A stretch of DNA of 64,000 bases from the NCBI GenBank assembly GCA_030390025.1, contig CM059432.1:43278001-43342000 (forward strand), given 5' to 3'. This stretch comes from Squalus acanthias. Its lineage: Eukaryota. The notes under the pieces were generated by a model. That model was not told the DNA's origin. It worked only from the letters and a program-made list of their open reading frames with translations, and made no database searches. The position numbers were made by a program, and so were the translations under genes. Shown here one piece after another: positions 37,701-50,884 of the stretch (the first letter of the stretch is position 1; each line of letters opens with the position of its first letter).

Positions 37701-39039
37701 CAGTGCCAAAATTTCTCATTTGCAATGTCAGTGGGGAAAGCTCCCTGTTGGCATCATGGATTTATAAAGTAAATATACTGGGGCCAATAATGCACTCCAT
37801 GCTCAGAGTGCACAGATGAGCTGATCTTGCCAGTTAGCATGAGCTCAGTTTATTAGCATAATTTCCTGGCACTTTGGGCATGTCAGTCATGATATGCCAG
37901 CGTCGCAATCTCAGGCACCAGTAACCAGTAAAGGGCTGCTGGCTGTCCATTGTGCGCTGGGCAATTTTCTAGATTGGGGCAGGGACACTGGGCATGGGGT
38001 ACCTTGGGCCTGGTATTCCTGGGGAGGGAATAATGTGGCCTCCTCTTCAGTGCCCGTTCCAAATAAACACTGTGCAGCTGAACATATTATGGGGCAGCTG
38101 CTTAATTTGAATCAGAGTCAGTGGCCTAATGAGCCTTGCAGAGGCTTCCAGCCACCTTTGCACTCACTGCCCACATCGGGCTGCACTAGGCAACTAAGGC
38201 GCATTGTAGGCCTCAGGCCTTTCATGCTTGATAATACAGAGAGCAGGTGCCCACTGTGTTTCAATGAATTGGGTGCCCGCTGCTATTATAATCACTGCCC
38301 AATATGATGACTAAAATATCAGAATTTGACATAATGACTACAGTGGTTCATATCTGTTAATAGTTTAAGTGAACACTATGGACCCAAATTTTAGATCTTC
38401 AAAGCTAAGAAATGGAGTACTTTTTGTTCCATTTGAACATTCCAACAAAATGAATTCCATGCAAGAATATTTTTGCTGAATGAAATGTGTTTTTGCACAT
38501 ACAACAAATCTGCTCTCAATTCCATTTCCATTTGTTGAATTGTTTATTTTAGAGAAGTCCTGGGGTGCAGTCAGGGCAAATTGGTATGTTGGGTGGATTA
38601 GCCTGCCACTGTTACTCCACAGGTCCTGAATCTCAATTGTACTCACTTCTGTATAATGCTTTGAGAGGTTTGCTGATAGCACTTCTCCTCTAAGGAGTGT
38701 ACAAGGACCTTAAGAACTCAGTCAATCAGAAAACCAGACCCTTAATAGAAAATTCAATTGGCTGCTCCATTCAAAAACTCCATAAGAACCTGTTTTGAAG
38801 CAAAATCTATGGTATTTCAAAAGACAAACTATAGATCGTTTAAGATGTTTTTCTATGATTTTACAGACTGGGTAATTTTATGGACATGTCTTAATATACG
38901 ATGATTCATATTTAGACAAACTAACAATCAGTTTAAAGTTGTTCAGATCAACAGTTTAAGTAAAACGGTGTCTGTGTTAATCTGAGCACAGATACCACTC
39001 TTACTATCTGCAATCTGGATAAGAAGATACAATATTTAC

Positions 39040-39219
39040 ATAATCTGGAAACTGTGGAAACAATACTATTTCCATAGTTACTGCATCATTGCCAGCATAT
39101 GAGCTATTCAGACCAGGACCTGAAGATGCACATAAACTTATCTTTTGTGTGGGAAACAGCCACCTGCCACCTGCAGTGTGAGCTTCCACAGAATAAAAAA
39201 CATCACCAGCAGCATTGAT
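39040..39219 (-). CDS. Candidate 180-bp exon INAAGDVFYSVEAHTAGGRWLFPTQKISLCASSGPG...EIVLFPQFPDY (alternative donor at 39005)
   Basis: ttattgtgctgctcttacag acceptor; donors TAT|gtaaat or ATA|gtaaga; 60-71 open codons in non-repeat DNA. Confidence 0.5.
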
Positions 39220-39420
39220 CTGTAAGAGCAGCACAATAAACCTGTGTAGTAGAGAAAAATAAAAACAAGCCACAGGACACCTCTGGAATGGAGTCCAAAT
39301 ATAATGTAACCATCAGAACTTTGTTGAATCTTCAGATCATTTGCTCCAATACTGAATTGGCCCACTGTTTCAGAAGTGCTTGACTAGTGGTAACTTTATG
39401 TACTTGTTCATAAACATTAT

Positions 39421-40395
39421 GGTCACGATATTTACGGGGAGGTAGGGAGGGAGCGGGCGCGACTGGTTTGCGTTCGGGAAACCCGGAAGAACGGGTTTAC
39501 CTCCGATCCTGCCGAATTTGACGTGACCTGATTAACATTTTTTGTCTCAGTTTCCTGGCCGCAGAGAGCCAGATTGAAAGGCCGGCTGGCTGTCGAGTGG
39601 GTTGGCCTTCGGCACCAGGCCACAGCCAGGGAGCGGAGAGGAGGGAGGGCGAATCGGAAAGGCCGGGGTTGGGGGAGACCGGGGGCCGGAGGTGGGGGAA
39701 ATCGGTGGCTGGAGGGAGGTGAGATCAGAGGCCGAAGGGTGGACATCGAAAAGGCCGGCGGGGGGGGGGGCTGGAGATCGGAAAAGCTGGGCTGGGTGGG
39801 GAAATTCGAACGGTCGCCAGGGTCAGGAGGGGGAGATCGGAAGGGTCAGGGGGAAGATCAGAGGATGCAGCTGGGGAGCGCACAGGAGGAAGGGAGGGAT
39901 CAGAAAGACCTGGAGGGGGAGGGGAGATCGGTAAGGCCGGGTCGGTGGGAGATCATGGTTCGGAGGGACATTGCGGCTCGGAGTAGGGGACTGATTATGG
40001 GGGTGTGGGGATCGGCCTATCGCGGGTGGGGGTGAAGCAGGTTAGCTTGGTGGACCAGGAGGAAGCCCCCTGCTCCTCCTAGCCCACAAGCAGTGCTGTA
40101 AAGGCACGTATCTCTTCCATGCAGCATACCTTACCTCCTTTTAGCTGCCGGGATTCGCGAGGCCTGAGAAATTCGGCCAGCCAACGTAAAATTTAAAATG
40201 GAGGTAATGTGTGAGGCATATTAAAATATTCAAATGAGCAACCCACCTCCTTGGTTGCCCGCCTCCCCATCCCGCCTCTGTTAAAACCAGAAGTTGGCAG
40301 GTTCGAGGCGGGTTGGGGTCAGGTTTGAGATTTTTAATATTTTAACATCCCACCCGACCCAAACTCACCCATTTTTGGGGGTTAAAATTACCCAC
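39421..40395. mobile_element. Harbinger-type MITE with a G-rich internal segment
   Basis: Imperfect TIRs ggtcacgatatttac / gttaaaattacccac; TAT on both flanks; GC/CpG-rich. Confidence 0.65.
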
Positions 40396-40449
40396 TATGA
40401 GACAGTTCTACAAAGTGTCAGAAGGATTATTAATACATATGTTTATAAA

Positions 40450-40580
40450 ATCATAGAATCATACAGCACAGAAGGAGGCCATTCGGCCTATCGTGGCTGT
40501 GCCGGCTCTTTGAAAGAGCTCTCCAATTAGTCCCACAATCCTGCTCTTTCCCCATAGTGCTGCAAATTTTTCCTTTAAAT
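40450..40580 (-). mobile_element. CR1 3' UTR fragment
   Basis: atcatagaatcatacagcacagaaggaggccattcggcc. Confidence 0.8.
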
Positions 40581-40689
40581 ATATATACATATATCCTTTA
40601 CTTCGTATTAAGCTTAGCTCAGTTGGTACAAGTGTCAGCTTCATGCCACTCTTACTTCTGAGCCAGGAGGTGGTGGGTTCAAGCTGCGG

Positions 40690-41150
40690 CTCATTGGATA
40701 GTACACTCACCTCTGAGTCAGAAGGTTGTGGGTTCAAGTCCCACTCCAGGGACTTGAGCACAAAAATCTAGGCTGACACTCCAGTGCAGTATTGAGCGAG
40801 TGCTGCATTGTCGGAGGTGCCATCTTTCAGATGAGACGTTAAACCGAGGCCCCGTCTGCTCTCTCAGATGGACGTAAAAGATCTCAAGGCACCATTTCAA
40901 AGAAGAGCAGGGGAGTTATCCCCGGTGTCCTGGCCAATATTTATCCGTCAATCAACATAACAAAAACAGATTATCTGGTCATTATCACATTGCTGTTTGT
41001 GGGAGCTTGCTGTGCGCAAGTTGGCTGCCACGTTTCCCACATTACAACAGTGACTACACTCCAAAAGTACTTCATTGTCTGTAAAGCACTTTGAGACATC
41101 TGGTGGTCATGAAAGGCGCTATATAAATGTAAGTCTTTCTTTCTTTCTTT
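40690..41150 (+). mobile_element. SacSINE1-like DeuSINE, best-preserved copy; an older copy follows at ~41155-41500
   Basis: tRNA head (B box ggttcaagtcc), Deu body gatgagacgttaaaccgaggccccgtctgc, tail ggcgctatataaatgtaagtctttc(tttc)n. Confidence 0.92.
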
Positions 41151-41589
41151 ATCACTATAGACTGGACCACACAATCTTGCTTGACACTTCAATGTGGTAC
41201 AGAAGGAGTGCTGCACTGTTAGAGGCACTGTCTTTCAGATGAAATGTTAAACTAAAACCCCACACTTCCTGTTCAAGTGGATATAAAAGATTATTTTGCA
41301 CTATGTGTAGAAGAGCCAACATTCCACCCTCAATCAACATAAAAAAATAAATTAGCTGGTCATTTATCTGATTTGCTGTTTGTAGGACTTTGCAGTGTGC
41401 AAGTTGACTGTTATAGTTGTCTACATATCAATTCTGACTACTTTTCAATTGGTTGGGAAGCACTTTGGAACATCCTGAGGATGTGATAAAGTTCTTTTTG
41501 GGCAAAATCACACGGGTGTAAGAATGTCTTTTTGAGGTAGGATTAAGGTATATTCTTCGAACAGAGCAGAGAAAACTTTCTTCATGTGA

Positions 41590-41898
41590 CTCAACATTGA
41601 GTTCAACAATTGCAGACTATAACCCCTGCCCCTATTTTTCACATGGCAGCTGTTGATGATTCTGCCATTCCCATTTGCAACATTTAATCTCTCCTGCCTT
41701 CCATCCTAGCACAGACCGTCCCTTTTGTTCTGTCCTCCCCTCCCCCGCTTTCCCTGCCTCTGCACCTGCTTAAAACCTGTTATATCTCAAACTTTTTTCA
41801 GTTCTGACGAAGGGTCACAGACCTGAAACGTTAACTCTGTTTCTCTCTCTACGGATGCTGCCTGGCCTGCTGAGTGTTTCCAGCATTTTCTGTTGTTA
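41590..41898 (+). mobile_element. 5'-truncated Penelope-like 3' end
   Basis: Near-identical to 18990-19306; 13-bp TSD tttcttcatgtga at 41577-41589 and 41899-41911. Confidence 0.9.
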
Positions 41899-42454
41899 TT
41901 TCTTCATGTGATACCTGATATGATTGTCTTGCTGTTGGTACTGGGTTTGCCCTTGATGGACTGACAGAACAGACATCCTTCATCTTGATGAGCAAATAAA
42001 AATCTCCATAAAGTATAAATTTAAAAGGAGCCAGGCTAATCTTAAGTAGATGTGCTATTTTCAAACAGCATCAAAGTAAACTACCCATTAGAATAGACTA
42101 ATGCCTACTACTATTAGCTCTATTTCCTTTTTTCTGGGTAGAGGACCATAAAGATAATCAATTTAAAATTTGCTAAACGGAAAGTACTCAATAATCGTAA
42201 ATCTTACTCCTGACCATTTTATTGTGTGTCTATTATAACCAAGTAACCTATTGACTTTTTATTCAAATTTTGTTTTATAACACTCCTGTGAAGCGCGTTG
42301 GGACATTTTACTGTGTTAAAGGTGCTATATAAATACAAGTTGTTGTTATTGTTATTATCTACTGTATTGTACAAATGGACATGGAATCTTCCTAAGCACA
42401 GATGTGAGATTTTCCTCACCAACCCCACCCCACCCTTTTTTGACTGACGATACT

Positions 42455-43040
42455 GACGGTGGGAAAGTAAGCTGTGAGGAGGACGCAAAGATTTGGACAG
42501 GTTAAGTGAGTGGGCAAGAACATGGCAGATGGAGTATAATGTGGAGAAATGTGAGGTTATCCACTTTGGTAGGAAAAATAGAAAAGCAGAGTATGTTTTA
42601 AATGGTGAAAGACTAGGATATGTTGGTGTTCAGAGGGACCTGGGTGTCCTTGTACACGAATCACTGAAAGTTAACATGCAGGTACAGCAAGCAATTAGGA
42701 AAGCAAATGGTATGTTAGCCATTATTACAAAGGGGTTTGAGTATAAGAGTAAAGAAGTCTTCCTACAATTATATAGGGCCTTGGTGAGACCACACCTGGA
42801 GTACTGTGTAAAGTCTCTTTACCTAAGGAAGGATATACTTGCCATAGAGGGAGTGCAACAAAGGTTCACCAGACTGATTCCTGGGATGGGGGCATTGTCC
42901 AATGAGGAGAGATTGAGTAGACTAGGCCCATATTCCATAGAGTTTAGGAGAATGAGAGGTGATCTCATTGAAATATATACAATTCTTAAAGGTCTTGACA
43001 GGGTGGATGTTTCCCCTGGCTGCAGAGTCTAGAACTAGAG
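42455..43040 (+). mobile_element. CR1 ORF2 internal fragment
   Basis: ORF 42493-43032 DRLSEWARTWQMEYNVEKC...RPHLEYC...RRMRGDLIE. Confidence 0.92.
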
Positions 43041-43179
43041 CACACCCCCACTAGACTAGGAGAGCACAATTTTTGAATACATAGCTGTGAGTTTGCAAGG
43101 ATCTGGGCTTATCAGACACATTATGCAAATCACATACATGCAAAAACAATTCTGAGTTTATAAAAAAAGAAAATCTCAC

Positions 43180-43215
43180 CCAGCTGTCAGCAGCTTGCTT
43201 TTCAGTTGCCAACAC
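43180..43215 (-). CDS. Candidate 36-bp exon VLATEKQAADSW
   Basis: ggcttcag acceptor; TGG|gtgaga donor; phase 0-0. Confidence 0.25.
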
Positions 43216-43559
43216 CTGAAGCCCACAGTGCAGCATGAAAGGGTGCAAACTCTTTTGTCATGTTACTGCCAATATAGTCTTGCACATATGCAGAAAAGGT
43301 AAAACGTGGTAAAATGCCCCACTAAACATGCTCAACACTTTTTCATCTGAAAAGGGGAAAGCTTTTAGAATCTAAATTATTTGAATTGAGCCAAAGTGTT
43401 TTTTTCTTCAAAATACACCTGACTCAAGCCAATTGAGATTGCAGGAAGTATCGATTTTTTTTCTGGAGCTCATTACTATTAATCAGGAAAGTGTGTTCAG
43501 TGGTAATTGTACTGTTAGGTTTTGTTCATATACTATGGTAGACTTGAAGTTTGGGAGAT

Positions 43560-46500
43560 TGGGCTCATGACTGGCATATGATGTATAAGTTGGATCAGTG
43601 CAGTGGGCAGGACAACTGCTCAACATTCATACACCCTTCAGGGAAAAGCATTAAAGAAGGTGGAGGTAGAAAGAGATTTGGACATTCTAGTGCATACATC
43701 TCTAAAGGTACATGAGCAATGCCGAGAAGCAATAGCTAAAGTAAATAGGGTGTTGGGGTGTATCCAAAGGACAATTGAGTACAAGACGAGGCATACTATT
43801 TTGTCCTTGTACAAGACCTTGGTCAGGCCACACTTGGAATACTGTGTCCAGTTTTGGTCTCCTCACATGGTCGGTGATATTGAGGCTTTGGTAAGGATAC
43901 AGAGGAGGGCCACTACACTAATTCCCAGTTTAAAGCATTTTAGTTATCAAGATAGGCTAAAAGAGTTGGGACTCTACACTTTAGAGAAGCGTAGACTTAG
44001 GGGGGATCTGATTGAGAGTTACAAGATAATGAACATAACAACATAAGAACATAAGACGTAGGAGCAGGAGTAGGTTATTTGGCCCCTAGAGCCTGCTCTG
44101 CCATTCAATGAGATCATGGCTGATCTGATCTTGGCCTCAACTCCACTTCCCTGCCCGCTCCACATAACCCTTGATTCACCTTTCAAAAATCTGTCTATCT
44201 CCACCTTAAAAATATTCAATGACCCAGCCTCCACAGCTCTCTGGGGAAGAGAATTCCAAAGATTCACGACCCTCTGAGAGAAGAAATTCCTTCTCATTTC
44301 CGATTTAAATGGGTGCCCCCTTATTCTGAAATTATGCCCCCTAGTTCTAGATTCCCCCCACGAGAGGAAGCATCTTCTCTGCATCTACCCTGTCAAGCCC
44401 CTTCAGAATCTTATATGTTTCAATAAGATCCCCTCTCATTCTTCTAAACTCCAATGAGTATAGGCCCAACCTGCTCAACCTTTCTTCATAAGACAACCCC
44501 TTCACCTCCGGAATCAACCTCGTGAATCTTCTCTGAACTGTCTCCAATGCAAGTATATCCTGCCTTAAATAAGGAGACCAAAACTGTACGCAGTACTCCA
44601 GGTATGGTCTCACCAACGCCCTGTACAGTTGTAACAGGACTTCCCTACTTTTATACTCCATTTCCTTTGCAATAAAGGCCAACACTCCATTTGCCTTCCT
44701 AATTACTTGCTGTACCTGCATACGAGCTTTTTGTGATTCATGTACAAGGACCCCCAGATCCCTCTGTACCTCAGCATTTTGTAATCTCTCCCCATTTAAA
44801 TAATAATTTGCTTTTTATTTTTCCTACCAAAGTGGATAACCTTGCATTTTCCACATTAAACTCCATCTGCCAGATTTTTGCCAACTCACTTAGCCTATCT
44901 ATATCCCTTTGGCGATTCTTTGCGTCCTCCACACAATTTGCTTTCCCACCTATCTTTGTATCATCAGCAAATTTGGCTACATTACATTCGGTCCCTTCAT
45001 CCAAGTCATTAATATAGATTGTAAATCGTTGAGGCCCCAGCACTGATCCTTGCGGCATCCCACTAGTTACAGTTTGCCAAACAGAAAATTACACATTTAT
45101 CCCGACTCTCTGTTTTCTGTTAGTTGGCCTATCCTCTATCCATGCTAATATATTACCCCCAACCCCCTGAGCTCTTATCTTGTGTAATAACCTTTTATGT
45201 GGCACCTTATCGAATGCCTTCTGGAAATCCAAATACACGACATCTTCTGGTTCCCCTTTATCCACCCTGCTCGTTACATCCTCAAAGAACTCCAGCAAAT
45301 TTGTCAAACATGATTTCCCTGCTTGACTATATTATGATTTTCTAAATGTCCTGCTACTACCTCATTAATGATGGACTCCAGCATTTTCCCAATGATAGAT
45401 GTTAGGCTAACTGGTCGATAGTTGCCTGCTTTATGTCTCCCTCCTTTCTTAAATATGAGCGTTACGTTTGCGGTTTTCCAGTCCACTGGGACCTCTCCAG
45501 AATCCAGAGAATTTTGGTAGATTACAACCACTATCTCTGCAGCCACCTTTTTTAAGACTCTAGGATGCAGGCCATCGGATCCAGGGGACTTGTCCACCTT
45601 TAGTCCCATTAGTTTGCCTAGTACTTTCTCTCTAGTGATCGTGATTGTTTTAAGTTCCCCCCCCCCACCCCAATATCCCCTTGATTATCCATTATTGGGA
45701 TGCTTTTAGTGTCTTCTACCGTGAAGACCGATACAAAATATTTGTTCAAAGTCTCCACCATTTCCCAGTTTCCTGTTATTAATTCCCCAGACTCATCCCT
45801 AGGGGACCAACATTTACTTTAGCTACTCTCTTCCTTTTTATATACCTGTAGAAGCTCTTACTGTCTGTTTTTATATTTCTTGCTAGCTTACACTCATAAG
45901 CTATCTTCTCTCTCTTTATCATTTTTTTAGTCTTCCTTTGCTGGTTTTTAAAAATGTCCCAATCCTCTGGCCTTCCACTATTCTTCGCAACATTGTATGC
46001 TTTTGTTTTCAATTTGATACCATCCTTTACTTCCTTAGTTAGCCACGGATGGTTCATTCTTCTCTTAGAGTCTTTCTTTCTCACTGGAATATATCTTTGC
46101 TGAGAGTTATGAAATAGGGAATAGATTGTGTTCCAGCTGACAGTTTGTTCCAATTAAATAGGTTTGGGAGGACCAAGGGATCACAAATTTAAGTTGTATA
46201 AGGCCAGATCTAGGTTAGATGTCAGGAGGTGGTTCTTTTCCCATTGAATAGTGGACCTCTGGAACAGGCTGCCATCTCATGCGGTGGATGCTGATTCGCT
46301 GAATTCCTTTAAGCGAGAGCTGGACTTGTTTCTGGCTCGGAGATTATTTCTTACAGAAGGTTCGTACTGCAGGGAATTCAGGGCCAGTGTGATCTCCTGA
46401 ATAGTTTCGATCGCCTAGAAGGGTTGCAGAGGAATTTCCCAGATTTTTCCCCCCCAAATTGGCCTGGGTTTTTTATCTGGTTTTTCATCTCTCCCAGGCG

Positions 46501-46610
46501 ATCAGATGGTTTCGGGTGGGGTATATATTGTGATACACAAGGTATCGCAACTGCGTGGGGCAGGCTGGATGGAGCAGGGGGTCTTTACCTGTCTGTCATT
46601 GTTCGTATGT
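43560..46610 (+). mobile_element. Older CR1 3' portion split by a younger antisense CR1; halves at ~43560-44035 and ~46113-46610
   Basis: RRLRGDLIESYKIM breaks at ~44032 and resumes as IDCVPADSLFQL...GHKFKL after 46113. Confidence 0.8.
44036..46112 (-). mobile_element. CR1 LINE, ~2.1 kb of ORF2 plus 3' UTR, frameshifted
   Basis: KSPGSDG, NYRPVSLT, YLDFQKAFDKV, PQGSVLGP, KFADD; (cataagaa)n tail. Confidence 0.95.
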
Positions 46611-47039
46611 TCATTTGTTTTCTCTCCATTGTAGCAGAAATTATAAATCTGCAGTGTTGTGACTGAAATATGTCCCTGCAAATGCAGGCCTGAATTTGAT
46701 GAAAGTACCATAGGGATGCCAATTTTGGTTTCTTTGTGATTTGGTTTTCATTTCATTACGGATAAAAATTGCGCATCTGTGAATAGACAATTGCACCACC
46801 ATCTTTAAGTCTCCTGGACTGGCAGGGAGCATGGACGCATCCCTCATTCCCTGCCCCTTCCCTCAATCATAATGCTGGTTAAGCTGGTACATATTCACCT
46901 TTACACCAGTAGTGAATGGTTGCAGGGAGTGATCAACTCAGCAATCTGGCTTTGAAAAGAAGCATAATCTGTCACTAGACAGCTAGGATTAGATGCCCTG
47001 CCCACTGGACCACCAAGGATTGGATGCAATCACCTTAGA

Positions 47040-47525
47040 CTAAGGGCCATATGGCCCACTCCTGCTCCTAATTCTTATAGAATCATAGAAATTTACAGCA
47101 TGGAAGGAGGCCATTTCAGACCATCGTGTCCACACCGGCCGACAAAGAGCGACCCAGCCTAATCCCACTTTCCAGCTCTCGGTCCATAGCCCTGTAGGTT
47201 ACAGCACTTCAAGTGTACATCCAAACACTTTTTAAATGTGGTGAGGGTTTCTGCCTCTCCCACCCTTTCAGGCAGTGAGTTCCAGACCCCAACCACCCTT
47301 TGGGTGAAGAAATTTCCCCTCAAATCCCCTCTAAACCTCCTACCAATTACTTTAAATCTATGCCCCCTGGTTGTTGACCCCTCTGCTAAGGGAAATAGGT
47401 CCTTTCTATCCACTCTATCTAGGCTCCTCATAATTTTATACACCTCAATAAGGTCTCCCCTCAGCCTCCTCTGTTCCAAAGAAAACAAACCCAGCCTATC
47501 CAATCTTATGTTCTTATGTTCTTAT
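47040..47525 (-). mobile_element. CR1 3' fragment(s)
   Basis: ORF 47159-47503 RRLRGDLIEVYKIM...TRGH...FFTQRVV. Confidence 0.9.
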
Positions 47526-47859
47526 GTACCTTTTTCACAAAGCTTCTAACACAGAACATAGAAACACACTCTGGTTGCTGCCCTCTTGCAGTTACAATAT
47601 CCTACTATTTCAGAACAGTAATCTTGATGATTCTGTGAAGTGCTAAATGAAAGTTACTGTGCCCAAACTGTCAAGTTAAAAAGCCAGCACTTTTGTAAAG
47701 GGAACTTTGATTTATTCCTTTCTTGTGCCTCGTACAAACTTGAAAGTGGTTTGCTTCGAATAGAGTGATTCAATATATTTTCTATTTTTATTTTTCGTTT
47801 TAGACTTTTAAGATAGATTATAGTGTTGGCAAAGATACAATAATATCCATTTGTATCAC

Positions 47860-48495
47860 TGTGCCAGTTTTGGCCCAGTGGTAGCACTCTGGGAGTAGAT
47901 TTTCAACTTGCCACCTTGGCATAATACTGATGTTGTGGATCAGTTGCTTGTTATAGAAACTGCCCAATTTTCATTTCCTTTGATTTCACAATCAGGCGTT
48001 ATCTACAACGGGTGGCCGAGCCACAATGCCAGTTTTATGGTTGGGCAGCAAGTTGTAAACCTAACCCACCCACCCCCCCAACCCCCCCCAACCCTCGCCG
48101 TCTTTAAGTCAGAAGGTTGTGGGTTCAAGTCCCACTCCAGAGACTTGAGCACATAATCCAGGCTAACACTTCAGTGCAGTACTGAGGGAGTGCTGCTTTG
48201 TCAGAGGTGCTGCCTTTTGGTTGAGATGCCTACTCAGATCCCATGGCACTACTCAAAGATGAGCAAAGAGTTTTCCTGGTGTCCTGACCAACATTTATCC
48301 CTCAATTAAGATCACATAAAACAAATTATCTGGTCATTTATCTTCCTGCTATTTGTGGGACCTTGCTGTGTGCAAATTGGCTTGCCTACATTACAACAAT
48401 GATTACACTATAAAAGTGCTTTGTTGTCTGTGAAGTGCTTTGGATGTCTTAAGCACATGGAAGGCATCATACAAATGCAAATACTTTCTTTTTGC
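47860..48495 (+). mobile_element. DeuSINE whose tRNA head is interrupted by a small MITE (~47891-48070)
   Basis: tggcccagtggtagcactct...insert...gtcagaaggttgtgggttcaagtccc; insert resembles 7930-8027. Confidence 0.75.
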
Positions 48496-49111
48496 AGTAC
48501 TTCTTAAATTATCTGCATGGTTATTGCTATACGCTATGCTCTCTTGAGCCCTCTTTTCTTCAACTTGGTGAAGGGATAATATTGGGCTGAATTTTAATGT
48601 GGAAGCGCATGTGGGTTTGAGAGCGGGGGGGGGTGGGGGGGGTGGGTGTTAAAACCGGGGAAATTGACAGCGCATTGGGAAGCCGGCTCCAACCTGCCAA
48701 CTTCCGCATTTAACTGCAGCGCGTTAGGTTGCGTACGAGAAACCCCCTCGGGAAAGTCGGGTTGTCAATTTCAATATATTAATCGGTCAATTACAGCGAT
48801 ATTAACTTTTGCAATTTAACTGTGGGTCCAAGGGTTTCCCGGGTTTCCTGAACTCACCAGCGAAAGCAAGGCGAGAACACAGCGGCAATTGAGGGAGGCT
48901 GAAGACATGACATGGAAATTTGGCAATAAGTACTAAGACCTCACAGCTGATTTCTTGCCTGCTTCTGTGAAAGGCTTTATTCACAGTACTTGTGCTCAGA
49001 AGTTACTTATACAACTTTGGAGGTTACTTTTACAACTTTGGAGGTGTCATCTACACTTTGGAGGTTTGTACATCTGATCTGCACTTTGGAGCTCTGATCT
49101 TTCAGATCAGC

Positions 49112-50270
49112 ATGGGTGCCCGCTTATGCTGTGCTACTTTAGACCTCAGATGACCAGCACCAGCAGCAGCAGCAGCAGGAACAGCACCAGCACCAGCAGG
49201 AACAGGAGCAACACCAGCAGGAGCAGCACCAGCAGAAGCAGCTAGAGCAGCAACAGCCTGCTGCTCACAGACCTGTAGCTCCACAGGAGAGAGGGGATCA
49301 GCAGAGAGGTGCAGCTCGCAGGAGGCCATACCTGGCACACAGGGTCTACAGGCAAAGGATGAGCTTCGTGGACATGACTGAACAGCAGTGGCTTAGGAGG
49401 CTCAGGCTATCGTGTCAGGTCGTGGCAGACATTTGTAGCCTGCTGGAAGAACACCTGTTGCCAACTGGACCTGGTGGCCACGCTTTACCAATGACTGTCA
49501 AAGTCGCCACCCCCCTCAACTGCTTCGCCTCTGGATCCTTCCAGGGCTCTGCTGGAGACATTTGTAGGATCTCGGCAGCCCACAAATGCATAAGACTGGT
49601 GACTGGTGGCTTGTTTGCCAGTGCCGGCAATCATGTACTCCTTACCTGCGATAACACGAGTAAGAATGAGCAGGCGCTCGGCTTTGCAGCTCTGGCTGGC
49701 TTCCCACAGGTGCAGGGCATCATCGACTACACGCATGTGGCAATTAAGGCATCCCCAGATCACCCAGGAGTATTTATCAACTGCATGGGCTTCCACTCCA
49801 TCAATGTGCAGTTGGTGTGCAACCATAAAATGGTCTTTATGCAGGTGTGCGCAAGATTCCTGGGCAGCTGCCATGATGCTTTCATCCTGTGGCAGTCCAC
49901 CCTCCTTGATCTCTTCGCACCTCGCAGCAGACTTACTGGCTGGCTGCTCAGAGACAAGGGATACCCATTTAAAACGCGGCTGATGACACCCGTGAGGAAC
50001 CCAATCAATGAGACCCAGGAGCGATACAATGAAAGCCATATTACAAACAGATGTGTCATTAAGCAAGCCATCAGCATGCTGAAGGTGCACTTCAGGTACC
50101 TGGACAGATCTGGAGGAGCCCTTTAATATGCACCAGCCAGGGTCTCCAGAATGGTTATGGTGTGCTGCGCTCTGCACAACATTGCACAGCAGCAAAGTTT
50201 GGATCTGCAGGAGGAGCGGCGCCCATTGCTGCCTGGGATGCCCTGATTATTGCGAGGTTCACTTCGATTC
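49112..50270 (+). pseudogene. HARBI1-like DDE transposase pseudogene
   Basis: NCFASGSFQ, AGFPQVQGIIDYTHV, GFHSINVQLVC, GSCHDAFIL, WLLRDKGYP; expected Glu reads K (VIKQAI); TAA at 50124-50126 before ...VVCCALHN-like motif. Confidence 0.9.
49134..49262 (+). repeat. (CAG)n-rich low-complexity tract in the transposase 5' region
   Basis: cagcaccagcagcagcagcagcagg... Confidence 0.85.
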
Positions 50271-50884
50271 CACCAGCGCACCCATCTGACAACCACGTGC
50301 AAAAGCCACTTTTGGACTCCCCCCTCCCACCCCGCCTGCCCAATGCCATAAGCACAAAGCAGTCCTACAAACAATTAAGTATCCCTTTCACAGCACCCCA
50401 TTGCGCGGCATCATTTCATGTCTTACCATTCATCACAAGTGAAAAGGCCACTTGCCAGCCAGCAACCAAAGATGGGCAAGAAGGGAAAGTGGTGTAAAGA
50501 AATAATATTTAAGTGGCTTAAAAATAAAACAGAAACTTACCAATCTAAAATTGTGTAACACACATGTGCATACATTTGTGCAACTACAAATCTTTACTCT
50601 TCCTCTTCTGAGCACTTCTACGTGGTGCCACCCCTATGGCTTCAGCAGAGGCAGGCTGCTCAGATCCCTGCTCTGACTGCTGAGATGCTCTTGGCCGATG
50701 TTCTCTGGGTTTTGGAACCTGTGAGGGCCCCGGCAAAGACGGGACCACTTCCTGCAGGACGCTTGAAGGCCCTGTGGGAGATTACAGACATGAATTAGAT
50801 CTGTCAAGATAAGAATGTTTTAAGTGATCATTATGCACATAATCATATTTCACTTGCTGCTGGCATCAAGTCAATATGAGTGAG

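Noticed and set aside
39574..40035. Gly/Arg-rich 153-aa ORF
   Set aside because: Artefact of a G-rich low-complexity tract in a MITE
49359..50126. Domesticated HARBI1 host gene
   Set aside because: Sits between TIRs with a TSD, has a premature stop and an altered catalytic position; it is a transposon pseudogene
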